The notes beneath the pieces were generated by a model, which saw nothing but the letters and a program-made list of their open reading frames with translations, did no database searches and was not told the origin of the DNA. A stretch of 64,000 nucleotides of DNA, taken from the human T2T-CHM13v2.0 reference genome, Homo sapiens. Positions 31,092-47,545 of the stretch are shown piece after piece; the first letter of the stretch is position 1, and every line of letters begins with the position of its first letter. The stretch lies in assembly GCF_009914755.1 (NCBI RefSeq), contig NC_060932.1; one strand, given 5' to 3'. Position numbers and translations under genes: made by a program.

Positions 31092-32486
31092 TGAGAGGTA
31101 ACAGCGTGTTGGCAGCCCTCACAGCCCTCGTTCACTCTCGGCACCTCCTCTGCCTGGGCTCCCACTTTGACAGCACTTGAGGAGCCCTTCAGCCCACGGC
31201 TGCATGGTGGGAGCCCCTTTCTGGGCTGGCCGAGGTCAGAGCTGGCTCCCTCAGCTTGCAGGGAGGCATGGAGGGAGAGGCATGAGCTGGAACTGGGGCT
31301 ACGTGTGCTGCTTGCCTGCCGGCTGGAGTTCTGGATGGGCGTGGGCTTGGTGGCCCTGCACTAGGAGCTGCCGGCTGGCCTTGCCGGCCGGGGCTGTTAG
31401 GGGCTTAGCACCTGGGCCAGCAGCTGCTGTGCTCGACTTCTCACCGGGCCTTAGCTGCCTCCCTGCGGGGCAGGGCTCGGGACCTGCAGCCTGCCATTCC
31501 TTAGCCTCCCCCCTCTGTGGGCTCCTGTACGGCCCAAGCCTCCCCGATGAGCACCGCCCCCTGCTCCATGGCGCCCAGTCCCATCGACCACCCAAGGGCT
31601 GAGGAGTGTGGGTGCATGGAGAGGGACTGGCAGGCAGCTCCACCTGCAGCTCCTGTGCTGGGTCCACTGGGTGAAGCCAGCTGGGCTCCTGAGTCTGGTG
31701 GGGACTTGTAGAACTTTATGTCTAGGTAAGGGATTGGAAATACACCAATTGGCACTCTGTATCTAGCTCAAGGTTTGTAAACACACTAATCAGCACCCTG
31801 TATCTAGCTCAGGGTTTATGAATGCACCAATTGACACTCTGTATCTAGCTGCTAGGGTGGGGACTTGGAGAACCTTTGTGTGGACACTCTGTATCTAGCT
31901 AATCTAGTGGGGACGTGGGGAGCATTTGTGTCTAGCTCAGGGATTGTAAACGCACCAATCAGTGCCCTGTCAAAACAGACCACTCAGGCTCTCTGTAAAA
32001 TGGACCAATCAGCAGGATGTGGGTGGGGCCAGGTAAGAGAATAAAAGCAGGCTGCCTGAGCCAGCAGTGGCAACCCACTGGGGTCCCCTTCCACACTGTG
32101 GAAGCTTTGTTCTTTTGCTCTTTGCAATAAATCTTGTTGCTGCTCACTCTTTGGGTCCACACTGACTTTATGAGCTGTAACACTCACCGAGAAGGTCTGC
32201 AGCTTCTCTCCTGAAGCCAGCAAGACCATGAACCCACTGGGAGAAATGAACAACTCCAGACCTGCAGCCGTAAGAGCTGTAACACTCACCGTGAAGATCT
32301 GCAGCTTCACTCCTGAGCCAGCGAGACCACGAGCCCCACCTGAAGGAAGAAACTTCAAACACATCCGAACATCAGAAGGAACAAACTCCAAACACGCCAC
32401 CTTTAAGAACTGTAACACTCACCAGGAGGGTCCACAGCTTCGTTCTTGAAGTCAGTGAGACCAAGAACCCACCAATTCTGGACACA
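31092..32486 (+). mobile_element. Solo LTR12C-type (ERV9) LTR with 4-bp TSD ctta
   Basis: TGAGAGG...GGACACA termini; tandem ccaat...ctgtatctagct repeats; ctta at 31088 and 32487. Confidence 0.92.
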
Positions 32487-33339
32487 CTTATACACTTGGC
32501 ACTGGGAGGTCTGTATGGAGCAAGTGAAGAAATCAGCAGAGTGAAGATAGAAGGAGAACAACATGATGGGGGAAAGGCAAAGTTAGTGCCACATTGGTTT
32601 CAATTCTGCCACTCATGAGTGAGACCCATGACCTCCTCTCTCTAGGACTCTGTTTTTCTTATATGTAGAGTGGAGGAATAGAAGGGCCTTTTAAAGTATT
32701 AACATTTCCTGACCTATCTGTAAAACACTTTCATTCAAACTGATGGGAATCTTGACTACTTTGCCAAGAGGACATAATAATCATCAAGCTGAATGCACCA
32801 AACAGCATTGCCTGAAACTATCTAAGCAAAAACTGAGAAAGTTACACAGGACAGACAAACCTCCTATGAGAGTAAGAACTCTTCAGCACATGCTTAGTGT
32901 GTCAAAGACAATACTGTGTTCACACCATTCCTCTTCCTGGACATGCAGAAAGACTACATTTCCCAGCCTCATTTGCAGTTAGTTTGGAACCATGTGACTG
33001 CATTTCCACCAATAGGAATGTAAGAAATCACTTCTGGGCCAAGGTTATCAAAGTGTGAGCTATGTTCCCTCTCTTCCTATCCATATGGCTACAAGTGAAA
33101 AACTCTGAGATGGCAGAATTAAAAGATGGAAACCTCCAGAATCTCTGAATCACTGTTGGACAAGGGCCCCCAAGGAGAACCCCTGCCCTGCACCAGACTA
33201 TGCTATGGGTGTCAACCCACTGAGAGTTCAGGGTTTATTCGTCTCAGCAGCAGTCTATTGTTACACTGACTAACATCCTGAGGTTTGAGAGGTCTAGCAT
33301 ATTGTTAACTGAAGTTAGATTTCAATTACACTGAGAACC

Positions 33340-33660
33340 TTATCTATTTAAAAATAAAAACTCTCCTAAAAAAAACAAATAATCCACATTCCTTTTAACC
33401 ACATGTGGCAAATTTGCAAAAAAAAAAAACAAAAAAAAAACTGGCCACATATTAGGCCATAAAGAAGTCTCAACAAAATCCACTATATGATTGACAGTGT
33501 CCAGACCACATTTTCCTGACCATAATGCCACAAAATTAGAAGTCAACAGCAAGAAGATAGCTAAACACAAGCATATATTTGGAAAATTAAAAATATCCTT
33601 TCATGAGTTAAATGAAAAATCACAATAGAAATTACTAAACATTTACAACTGAATGAAAAC
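33340..33660 (+). mobile_element. Old L1 ORF2 fragment
   Basis: ccacatattaggccataaagaagtctcaacaaa...gaccataatgccacaaaattagaagtcaac. Confidence 0.7.
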
Positions 33661-33712
33661 ACAACTTTATATATATATGTATATATATATAATATGTATA
33701 TATATATATATA

Positions 33713-34205
33713 TTTTTTTTTGTGAGTCTTCCAAATTTGTTCTTCTTTTACAAGGTTATTTGGGAAATTCTGGGTCTCCTGCAATTCCTCTTACAGTTTT
33801 ATGCTGTGTGTCAATTTCTGTGGCTGGGTCTATGAGAACTTATCGTAGTTCTCATAGACCAGGGTTTGCATGTTGCTGTCTAGAGCCCGGATCTGCTGCA
33901 CCATGTCCGTCTCACTATCCATCAGCTGGGCCAGAGGGCACTCTCTAGGAAGCTTGTCTAGGTAAACTTCCGGGTCGAAGTGTACCCCGTTCATATCAGT
34001 GGGGTCCAGGGGGTCGGTCCCCGCAGGGAGTCCCACCGCCTCCACTTCCGAGAGGCCGTTGTAAAACTTCAGCATCCTGTCCGCCTTCCACCGACGCTCC
34101 TTGAGCCTCCCCCTCGGGCCCTTCTGGGGAGTCCCCAGGTCCACACCCCGGGCTAGGCCCAGTGACAGCTGCCGCCGCCATAGCTCCAACTGCAGCCCAC
34201 GGGCG
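33713..34205 (-). pseudogene. VPS51P: Truncated VPS51 processed pseudogene (5' part fused to L1-derived tail and poly-A)
   Basis: [26 protein letters not shown] / frameshift / [10 protein letters not shown]...[57 protein letters not shown] resembles VPS51 N-terminus, intronless. Confidence 0.9.
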
Positions 34206-34922
34206 TAACTTTTATATTTTTAAGTTGGATACATGGAGCTACTTGGCTTTTGCTTTCATCACCTCTTTGAGGAAAGAGCTGGTTGCTTATGGTACCCCTG
34301 TTTTTACTGCATCCTGTAATGGATGAGAACCTCCCTGTTGCAGAGAGCAAAACACTGAACTAAATTGTGCTGTAACACAGCTCTGTATTGGGGGAGTGGG
34401 AGTGATCATGCAAACGCTTGCAAATTTGCACAGTGACAGAGACAATCGTTTGGGCACCTGTTCACTATATGAAAAGGCAATTGACCAAAAGTCAGTTACT
34501 GAGCTATCTCAATACTTTCATTTTATTTTAACTTTTGGCAGCAGCGTGCAATTAAAGGAGAGAAAGAAAACAAAGTGATAAGTGTAAGATAATGTACACA
34601 CATGTGTAAAAGAAAATGACAAGACAGGATGACCATTTGTCTCTTGGTTAGCTCCTTGGGCTCTATGTCTCCTTCCTCGGAGAACCTCGTTTTCCTTTGT
34701 CCAGATTTGTTAGGGTGGGTAATCCAGGCGCCTGCTCCCCCATGATGGAAGCCAAAGACATCCCTGGAGCAGCGTCCCGCTGCATCCTTTCCTGCACTGC
34801 CCACATGGACACAACTCAGCCGATTAGTCTTCCTCTCAGAACTTTAGTCTTGAGCAAAGGGATTAAAGGGTGAAGTGACTAAAGGTATGCCCTTCCAAAG
34901 TGGTACGTGAGCTAACGGCTAA

Positions 34923-35255
<333 letters not shown>

Positions 35256-36187
35256 TTCAAAGAGTTTTAAGCAGAGCTCAGAGGTCTTAACCACAGGCAC
35301 ATCGGAGGAGCATTTTTGAAACACTTTCCAGCTTCCTCAATAGGAATGGAAGCCAAACTCCGAATTGATGACTCCTTTGAGGAAGTTGAGAGCTGTAAGG
35401 AAAGCCAGGAACAGGGGCAAGGGAGAGATGCGTCCCGAATGATCCTGTGCAAATTCTTTCTGGAATCCTTGATGTGATCTCAGCTGCCCTTTCTATACAT
35501 GACACAGTGATTGTGGCACCCACTGGTCTAGCTGTGGTCAACAAGGAACCCACAAAGGGAAGGGCACAGTGAGTAGGGGCATCCGCCTGAGTGACGAGGA
35601 TTTGAGAGGGCAGGTTGGTTGCAGGGAGAGGACTTGCCAAATGCCATGTGTCTGGACTTAGACTGCCTGGTTCAAATTGGACTTCGCCCTTTTTGACTTC
35701 GTGATCTGGTACAAGCTGCATGAAAATCCGTTGCGCTTTTTCTAGTCTGTAAAATCATCATGAAATGTGCACTAATAACGTGGAGACTATGCAGATGAAA
35801 TGAAACAAGCTGCATAGAGCACAGAGCTCAGAGCCTGGCCTTTAGGAAGCCCTCAGTAAGGGTTCATGATGCCATGGTGTCTGTCGTCATCCTCTTTATC
35901 CTCATCATCACCTTCATAATCTCTTTGTTGTTCTTAGGGAATAGTTAGAGGGACTGATTCCCTGCTATCATGGGTGAGATGTTTATGAAAAGGACAACCA
36001 GTGGGGGAGGAAAGCAAAATTTTGAATAAGATTTCTGAGACCCCCAGCACAACCAAGAACATAAACTGCACAGTCTGCTGAGCAGAGAGTTGCACATTGG
36101 TCTCCTCACATCTGCCCACCGCACTCTCCTGTTTGTCCTGAGGATGAGGAAACAAACAAGTCTCCCGACCGTCCCTCAGCACTCACT

Positions 36188-37203
36188 TGAAGGGGTGGCC
36201 TCCTCCTCCACAGCTGTGGGTATTTCCAGTCGGGTAGGACGAGAGACTGAGAAAAGAAATAAGATACAGAGACAAAGTATGGAGAAACAACAGTGGGCCT
36301 AGGGGACCGCCGCTCAGCATACCAAGGACCTGCACCGGCACAGGACTCTGAGTTCCCTCAGTTTTTATTGACTATTATTTTTATTATTTTAGCAAAAAGG
36401 AATGTAGTAGGAGCGCAGGGTGATAATAAGGAGAAGGTCAGCAACGAACATGTGAGAAATAGAATCTATTTCATAAGGAATTTCAAGGAAAGGTACTATG
36501 ACTGGATGTGTACGTAAGCCAGATTTATGTTTCTCTCCACCCAAACATCTCAGTGGAGTAAAGAATAACAAGGCAGCATTGCTGCAAACATGTCTCGCCT
36601 CTCACCATAGGGTGGTTTTTCTCCCATCTCAGAATTGAACAAATGTACAATCGGGTTTTATACCGAGACATTCAGTTCCCAGGGGCAGGCAGGAAACAGC
36701 GGCCTTCCTCTCTCTCAACTGCAAGAGGCTTTCCTCTTTGACTAATCCACCTCAGCACAGACCCTTTACGGGGGGCGGGCTGGGGGATGGTCAGGTCTTT
36801 CTCATCCCACCAGGCCATATTTCAGACTATCACATGGGGAGAAACCTTGGACAATACCCTGCTTTCAAGGGCAGGGCTCCCTGCGGCTTTCCACAGTGTA
36901 TTGTGCCCCTGGTTTATTGATACTAGAGAATGGCGATGACTTTTACAAAGTATACTGCTTGGAAACATCTTGTTAACAAGGCAAGTCCTGCATAACCCTA
37001 GATCCCTTAAACCTTGATTTCATACAACACATGTTTTTGTGAGCTTCAGGTTGGGTCAAAGTGGCTGGGGCAAAGCTACAGATTAACAACATCTCAGCAA
37101 AGCAATTGTTGAAAGTACAGGTCTTTCTCAAAATGGAGTCTCTTATGTCTTTCCTTTCTGCATAGACACAGTAAGAGTCTGATCTCTCTTTCTTTTCCCT
37201 ACA
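36188..37203 (-). mobile_element. Solo HERV-K(HML-2) LTR5A/B with 6-bp TSD ctcact
   Basis: minus strand starts tgtagggaaaagaaagagagatcagac; ctcact at 36182 and 37204. Confidence 0.93.
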
Positions 37204-37599
37204 CTCACTGAACTGCCTCTCCCCTCTGCTGGGACATGACCACGGAGAACAGGTCCACTGTCCTCCCTGCGTGGTGCACCATGGAGGCTCAGGCTCCGTC
37301 CTCAAGGCTGGCAAGAAGACAGGGTGAGACATGAGCCTCCTGATACAGGTGACGGCTGTGGAGACCACAGGACTGCAACCTCACACTGCAGGGCGGGAGG
37401 CACAGACTGAGTATTTACTATCCTGTGGCCTGGGGGGCTCAGGCACAGAGCTCCTCATTAGCCAAAGCCGCGCAAGTTCCCCAACCTCTAAGGATGTCCT
37501 CATAATAATGCAAGAAGAAGAGAAAAGTGAGTGTCCATAGAAACTTTGGGGCTCCTCCTCTAATCAGAAGAAAGCTGGTGTGTATTCTTCGCTTCTTTC

Positions 37600-39660
<2,061 letters not shown>

Positions 39661-39710
39661 GGCTCCAAAATAAACAAACAACAGCAGACAACAGATAATG
39701 TTACAGCATG

Positions 39711-39993
<283 letters not shown>

Positions 39994-40278
39994 CCAGCAT
40001 GATTTCAAGAGCAGAAAGAGAAGAGCTGAAAAACCAGCATAATGAGAAAATTAGGAAGTTTCTTACCAAAGCATCTGGAAATATTCAAGAAATTCTTGTG
40101 AATTAAAATTTTCATACTGTACAATCAAACACTAGAACTCACTTATTCCATCTTTCTGTATTTTGGGACCCAATTATCCACTTGTCTTCATTCCCCATCC
40201 CACCCCTTTTCTTCCTAGCGTCTGCTAACCACCTTTATACTTTCCACCTTCCTGAGATTCCTTTTGTGTGTAGGTGTG

Positions 40279-40560
40279 TGATGGAGTCTCTTTATGTTGC
40301 CCAGGTTGGAGTACACAGGCACAATCCGGGCTCACTGAAAGCTCCGCCTCCCGAGTTCAAGCGCTTCTTGGGCCTCAGCCCTCCGAGTAGCTGAGACTAG
40401 AGGCACGCGTCACCACGCCCGGCTAATTGCTTGTTTTTTCCGTAGAGACGGGGTTTCAACATGTTGGCCAAGCGGGTCTCGAACCCCTGGACTCAAGTGA
40501 TCCCTGCGACTCGGCCTCCCAGAGTGCTGGGATTACAGGTCTGAGCCACCACGCCTGGTC
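40279..40560 (-). mobile_element. Alu
   Basis: antisense Alu consensus. Confidence 0.88.
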
Positions 40561-40927
40561 AAGGTTTCCTTTTTTCTTCCTACGTAGAAGTGAGGACATG
40601 AAATATTTGACATTCTGTGCCTGGCTTATTTCATTTAATATACAGACCTGCAATCTCATCCATTTTGTCTGCAGCGGAGAGGATTTTCTTCCTCTTTAGG
40701 CTGAATAATACTTCATTGGGTGTGTATACCACAGTTTCTTTATTGAAACAAATTTCTAAAGAGCAAATATTTTTAAAGTCTCAGAATGTGAAACTTCAGG
40801 GATACCGTGCCCATTTTATTCTTTTCTATTTCCCATCTTATGTATCTGCAAGTGTATAACAAAGCAGCAATTGATGTGTGTATAAATCGATAACTTCAAC
40901 AATTGCAAAATGTAAATGCTAAGTGGT

Positions 40928-41375
<448 letters not shown>

Positions 41376-42111
41376 TCATTGCAGCTTGATGCCTCTAAAA
41401 ACTTCGTCATTGGAACCACCTCTGGTGCTTTAAAAGAAAAAAAAAAAATCCACACACTCACACAGGTGCAAGGAAATCAGAATCTCAGGTATTGAGAACC
41501 AGTCCTCATCATGTGTAAGCTGCCCAGGTGATTTGACTCAAAGCCAAGATTGAGGAACGGCGACATGGATATCTACACAGAACCTGCTTAAATAGATTCT
41601 CTAGAAGAAGTTTATAAAGAAATTCCACATGAACTGTGGAAGAGGATATGAATTTGATGTACAGTATGTCCTCACTTAACATCTTTGAAAGTCTCTTGGA
41701 AACTTCACCTTGAAGCAAAATTATGTATAGTGAAACCACTTATTTTTCATCAACAGTATAACTACACGACTTTGAACAACCAATGCTGTTGGAGGACCTT
41801 CTGTACATTGTTTCCATAAAGTCAGTTTTCAGGGAATTCCAAAACGAAGTGAGGACTTCGTGTATATAAAATGATGGTTGTGATTCCACCTGGATGGCAT
41901 GGTTATTGCTCAGAGACTAAAAGAGGCCACCTAGGTATAGAAGATTCTGTCATGAGGTTTCTGCTAAACCAAGGATCCCAGAATCGTCACTCATTCCAGA
42001 TAAAGGCATAACGAAGAAAGCAATATTCACAAAGGAAATGCGGAAAGGAATAAAAGCCATCAAGCCACAAAAAGAATGTGACTGAGGGGCAGGATTTGCA
42101 GATGTAGAGAT

Positions 42112-43092
42112 TTAATGTGGTTGCCCTTTCTCACCCACACAAGAAAAAGGATGGAACAGATCATGATATTCGACTGCTCTGCTGCGCAGCCTCCGCAGGG
42201 CACTTTGTATGTCCCTGTTTCTCAGGCTGCAGATGAAAAGGTTCAGCATGGGGTGACCACAGCGTACATCACTGAAGCCACCACACCATTCCTGGGAGGT
42301 GGTGACCCAGCTGAAGTCAGGTACAAGCCAATGCCTGTTCCATAAAACCAGCAAACAACTGCTAGATGACAGCCACAGGTGGAGAAGGCTTTATACTTCC
42401 CATCTGACGATGAAATCCTTAGAATGGAGGGGACAATTTTATAGTAAGACAAAAAGATCCCTGAAATGGGAAGAAAACCAAACATAGTACTATCGAAATA
42501 TATGAATATGTTATTGATGACGCTGTCAGAACAGGCAAGTTTGAGAAGTTGAGAGGGGTCACAGACCAAATTAGAGATTTCCACATTCTTGATGATGGTT
42601 AATTGTAACACAATCCAACTGTGCAGCTGGGAATCCAACAGGCTAAGGAAAAAGGACACCAAAACGAAGAAGACACAGAGGTGAGGATTCACGATGATTG
42701 GGTAGTGCAGAGGGCGACAGATGGCTACAAAGCAGTCATAGGCCATCACAGTCAGGAGCATGCCTTCTATACATGCAACAAGGAGCAGGAAAGACATCTG
42801 TGTCAGGCAGCCCGCATGAGAGATGACTCTGCTATGCGACTGCGTGTCCACAATCATCTTGGGAACCATGGCCGAGGTGAAACCGATGTCAGGCCAGCAC
42901 AGGTTGGAGAGGAAGAAGTACATGGGGGTGTGGAGGGGGGAGTCAGAGCTGACAGCCAGGATGCTGAGCAGGTTCCTCAGCACCATGACCAGATACATGG
43001 ACAGGGACAGGGACAGCAAAGCGAGGACCGGCTGCAGTTCTGGATCCTCTGAGAGTCCCAGGAGGAGGAATTCTCAGACATCTGTGAGATAT
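42112..43092 (-). pseudogene. OR7E: OR7E-subfamily olfactory receptor pseudogene
   Basis: PMYFFLSNL, MAYDCFVAIC, KAFSTC motifs; frameshift at VTP-M-LN (~42250); early TGA; N-terminus replaced by satellite. Confidence 0.93.
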
Positions 43093-43410
43093 TAGTCCCA
43101 ACATCCCAGAGGGTGTACACTACCCCTGTGATATTGTCCCTAACTTCCAGAGGGGAGAGGATGACATCACTCCCAATATCTCAGAAGTTGTACATCCCCC
43201 GTGATATTGTTCGTCATATCCAGGGAGGCGCAGGATGACATTCCATTGAATTTCGCGACAGGCCTACACGCACAGTGTGATACTGTTCCTACTATCCAAG
43301 AAGGGAGAGGATGATATTACTCACAATAAAGCAGTGGGTGTACATCACCCCTGTGTTGTTGTCTCTAATATCCGGGGCCGGGGGAGGAGGGGAGAGGATA
43401 ACATTGCCTC
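43090..43410. repeat. SATR1/2-type ~78-bp satellite
   Basis: repeated gtgatattgt..cctaa..ccag..gagaggatga.at.actcccaatatc. Confidence 0.8.
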
Positions 43411-46400
43411 CAATTTAGCAGGTGATTTGACGCCCCTTGTGCTGTTGTTTTAAATATCCAGCGGGGAAGACAGTAGTACTATTTTTGATAGTCCGATTCA
43501 TCCTCTCCACCTTTCCGGAACTCTGAGGCCGGGAGGCGGCATGTAGTTTCCGTGTGATCCCCAATACCTTTGCCGTTTTCTGTACCAAGACAGCCAAAAA
43601 CGCAGGCCCGTTGTCTGAGCCGATCCATAAGGGCGGTCGAAATCTAGGAATCACATCTCGAAGAAGCACAGGGGTTACTTCACCAGCTTTCTCAGTTCGT
43701 GTTGGATAGGCCTCCACCCACCCAGAATAGGTACGCCCAAGAACCAGTACATGCTTGTTACCTCCACACTTTGGCATCTCTGTGAAGTCCACCTGGAGAC
43801 CTTCAAAGGGGGCTGCTCCACAAGCTCGTATGCCGGGCGGAACGGCTGGACCTTGACTCCCATCATGCTGTCAGCAGGTAACACACCGCTGCCTCACCGT
43901 TTTGGCAAGGGTTGACAAAGGCGAGATGTAGAAATACCGGCCTAACAACTTTTCCAGTGACTCCTGACCTCGATGGGTGTTTTCTTGCACAGCCAGTACA
44001 ACTGCAGCTCCTAGCAGCTGTGGCACAGCTACTCTCCCATCTGGTAACTGAATCCATCCTTCCTCCATCACTTGTCCTTCCCTCTACCTGGAGAAAGTCC
44101 TTTCTTCTTTAGAAGAAGCAGGTCCAAGATCAGGTGCTTGAGGGAGCACTGATGCCCAGAAGGGGGCAGTTGCTGCTTTTCGAGCCTCTGACTCAGCGCG
44201 GGAATTCCCCAAACACAGCAATGTGGAAGCTCGCTGGTGTCCTCTGCAATGCCTAACTGCCACCTTGTGGGGTTTCCATACTGCTTCTAATCATTGCAAG
44301 ATTTCTTGTGGATATTTTCTGTCTTTCCCCCCAGAATTCAATAGGCCCTTTTCTTTCTATCACACTCCATGCACTTGAAGGGTTAAAAAGACATACCGAG
44401 AATCAGTGTAAGTGTTGACAGTCTCACCCTCACTGAGTTCTAAGGCCCAAATGAAAGCATTGAGTTCAGCTTTCTGGGCTGAAGTGGCCTGGGGCAACGA
44501 CCTGGTTTCAACAACAGTGTCCAGAGTTATCACTGCATACCCTGCACCTCTCTCTCCTTGGGGGTTGAAGAAGCTGCTCCCATCCACGTGTGGTTCCCAG
44601 TCTACTGATGCCCAAGTCTGGTCCCGGAGCTCAGGTCTGCTAGAGTCAATTGAGTCCAACACTTCTACACAATCAGGCTCGACAGGGCTCCCTGATACCG
44701 GCAGCAAGGTGGCGGGGTGTAGGGTGTTACAAACTTCAATGGTTATACGGGGATTTTCACAGACCAAAGTTTGGTACTTGGTGAGCCTGGCATTCGTTAG
44801 CCAATGACGTCCTTTAGTATTCATCACCACAGCACGGGAGGCCTTTATGTTCAGGTTTCGCCCAAGAGTCAGCTTATTTGCTTCTTATACTAGCAGGGCA
44901 GTTGCTGCCAAGGCCCTCCAACAGGGGGGCCATCCTTTAGAAACCCCGTCTAGTGGTTTACAGAGGTAGGCCACCAGCCTCAGCCAGGGCCCCACAGTTT
45001 GGGTTCAAAGTCCAGCTGCCATCCTTTCTCTCTCTGATGCATACAATGGAAAAGGCTTTGTCAGATCGGGTAGCCTCAGGGCTGGTGCTGCCAGAAGTTT
45101 TTCCTTTAACTCATGAAATACTTGCTGTTGTTGGGATCCGCATTCCAAAGATTCCCCGTCCCCGCCCCCCTTGTGACCTCATACAAAAACTTGGCTAATA
45201 CTGCAAAGTTTGGGATCCACAGTCTACAAAACCCCACAGCTCCTAAGAATTCTCTTACCTGCCTTCTGCTCTTAGGCTCCGCTAGATGGCAAATGACCTG
45301 CTTTCTTTCTGATCTCGGGCTGCGTTCCGACCCCTGTCGGATAGTAAATCCCAAGTAACGTACCTGCTGTCGGCAGATCTGAGCTTTCTTCTTGGACACC
45401 TTCTACCCACAGTCCTCCAGGTGCGGTGTAGGGCATCTGTTCCCTTGGCACACCCGACTGCCGTGGGGTGTCCCAGCAGAAGGTCATCAACCTACTGGAG
45501 CAACAAGCAGCCTAGGTCTCTGCTAGGAAACTTCTGGAGGTCTCGAGCCTATGCCTCCCCGAAGATGGTGGGGGAGTTCTTGAACCTTTGGGGAAGCCCG
45601 GTCCAAGTGTACTAAGTAGTGACACCTGACTCCGGATCTTCCCACTGAAAGGCAAACAGCTTCTGCCTCTCAGGGGCTAATCTGATAGGAAGGAAAGCGT
45701 CTTTTAGGTCCAAGCAGGTGAACCAGCTGTCCTCAGCTGGCGGCAACCCCAACAATGTGGACGGGTTAGGTACTGTTGGATGTAAAGTCAGTGTGGCTTG
45801 ATGAAGCAAGCGCAAATCCTGTACCGGCCGGTAGTCCTTGGTCCGTGGCTTGGGAACAGGCAGGAGGGGAGTGTTCCATGGAGACTGACAAGGAACAATC
45901 ATTCCAAACGTTCTTAGGTGCTTGAGATGGACCTGGATACCTTGAAGGGCTTCTCTGGGGACCGAGTCCGGTTTTTGCCTCACCGGCTGGGCCCCAGTCT
46001 TAACTGGCCAATCCTGGAGGGTTCTCTTCTGCCCGAACTCTTGGCCAGCGCTTAGCCAGAGCTGGTCTTTTCTCTTTGCCCGGGTCAGTTCAGAAAAGTC
46101 TCCATTCCTCCTCTCGGGGGACCATAAGCGTCATAATGACTCCCATTCCGGGTAACTTTAGCAGCAAAGAGCCGTGCTCTGTGAAAGAGGCAGTGGCTCT
46201 CAGCTTGCTGAGCAAGTCCCTTCCTGAAAAGTTCAAGAGACTGTCAGGCATGTAACAAAACTGATGAATGACTTTATGTCCTCCTACAGGACAAGTCCAA
46301 GGCAAGCAGAAAGCTTGCTTTGCTGAAACCCCCGTGGCTCCGATGACGTCAGTAGTCTTTTTCGGTAAGGGGACGACCGGGGCGGTTACTAGCGAATGTT

Positions 46401-47545
46401 CAGCACCGCTATCTACAAGAAAGTTAATGTCTCCACCCCTGACTGTCATTCTGAACAGATGTCAGAATGGGGATGCTTGAGCCCGGTCTCCCTCAGTCCA
46501 AGAACCCTTCTGCCAGGTTGAGCAGGGCCCCTTCCTCCTTGTCCGGGGCCTCCGGCTCTGAGTCACCTTCTTTTCTTTTGAGCTGAGGGCATTTGTTCTT
46601 CCACTGTCCTATTTCTTTACAATCAGCACACTGGTTACGCTGCAAACTCTGACAGCCAAGCTGAGTTTCTTTCCCAGGGCCCCCTTTCCCTTGCCTCTTT
46701 GCGGGGGCCCCTCTGATTGCTGCAGCTGACAAACAGGTCGGCGTGTGGCCGGGACTGACCTCCATCCTCTTTGCCGTTTTCCTTACGGCTTACTGCATAC
46801 CTGTTTACAAACACCTGGCTAGCTATTTCTAGTAATTGGGATGGATTCTTCCCTGCAAGCCCAGTCTGTTTCTGCAGTTTTCTTCTCATGTCTTCTGCAC
46901 TTTGATGGACTAAAGCCATGTGAATCATGCGCTGATTTTCAGGGCTATCGGGATCAAAGGGAGTATACATATGATAGGCCTCATACAGTCTCTCGTAGAA
47001 TTGTGCTGGACTTTCTTCTTTTCCCTGAATGACCTCAGAGAGCTTGTTAACGTTTGTGGCCTTCTGAGCTCCCCTCATTAATCCTTCCAAGAGAGCTTCC
47101 CTGTCTCGGTTTAGCCTTTGCATCTCCTCTCTTTCATGTGGGTCCAACTGGGGGTCGGTTCCTGGCAACTGGGTCCTTCCATACTATTGGGGGTTTTGAT
47201 AATCAGCTGGTGCATGTTCCTCTAGCCACTTAGTTGCTGCTTGGAGGACTCTCTGCCTTTCTTCACTGTTAAAGAGGAAAATGAGCAACTGGTGTCAATC
47301 GGTCCAGGTGTGGTTGTGGGTCTGGATAACAGTTTGGAGCAAATCAATTAGGGCTTGTGGCTTTTCGGTATAGGGCGATGTATTGTTTTTCCAGTTGAGA
47401 AGGTCGACGCAGGTGAAGGGCTGGTACCCAAAAACACGTCTCTCCACTACATGAGCATTTTCATCTATCCCAGTATACCGCTGCTCTCTCAGGGGCATTT
47501 GTGTCCCCGTTTTGGGTCGTAAACGAGCTGCCGAGGAAGGGGTGG
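43411..47545 (-). mobile_element. HERV-E-like (gammaretroviral) gag-pro-pol internal fragment, defective, no LTRs
   Basis: CA (ESPAQFYERL), NC CADCKEIGQWKNKC (His lost), PR FLVDSGAEHS, RT SPWNTPLLPV / LDLKDAF / Q*VDD, RNase H, IN SDNGPAF / PQSSGKVER; many stops and frameshifts. Confidence 0.88.

Noticed and set aside
42243-43019. 258-aa OR ORF as a functional receptor
   Set aside because: N-terminus lost, DRF>DCF change, and frameshift in TM7.
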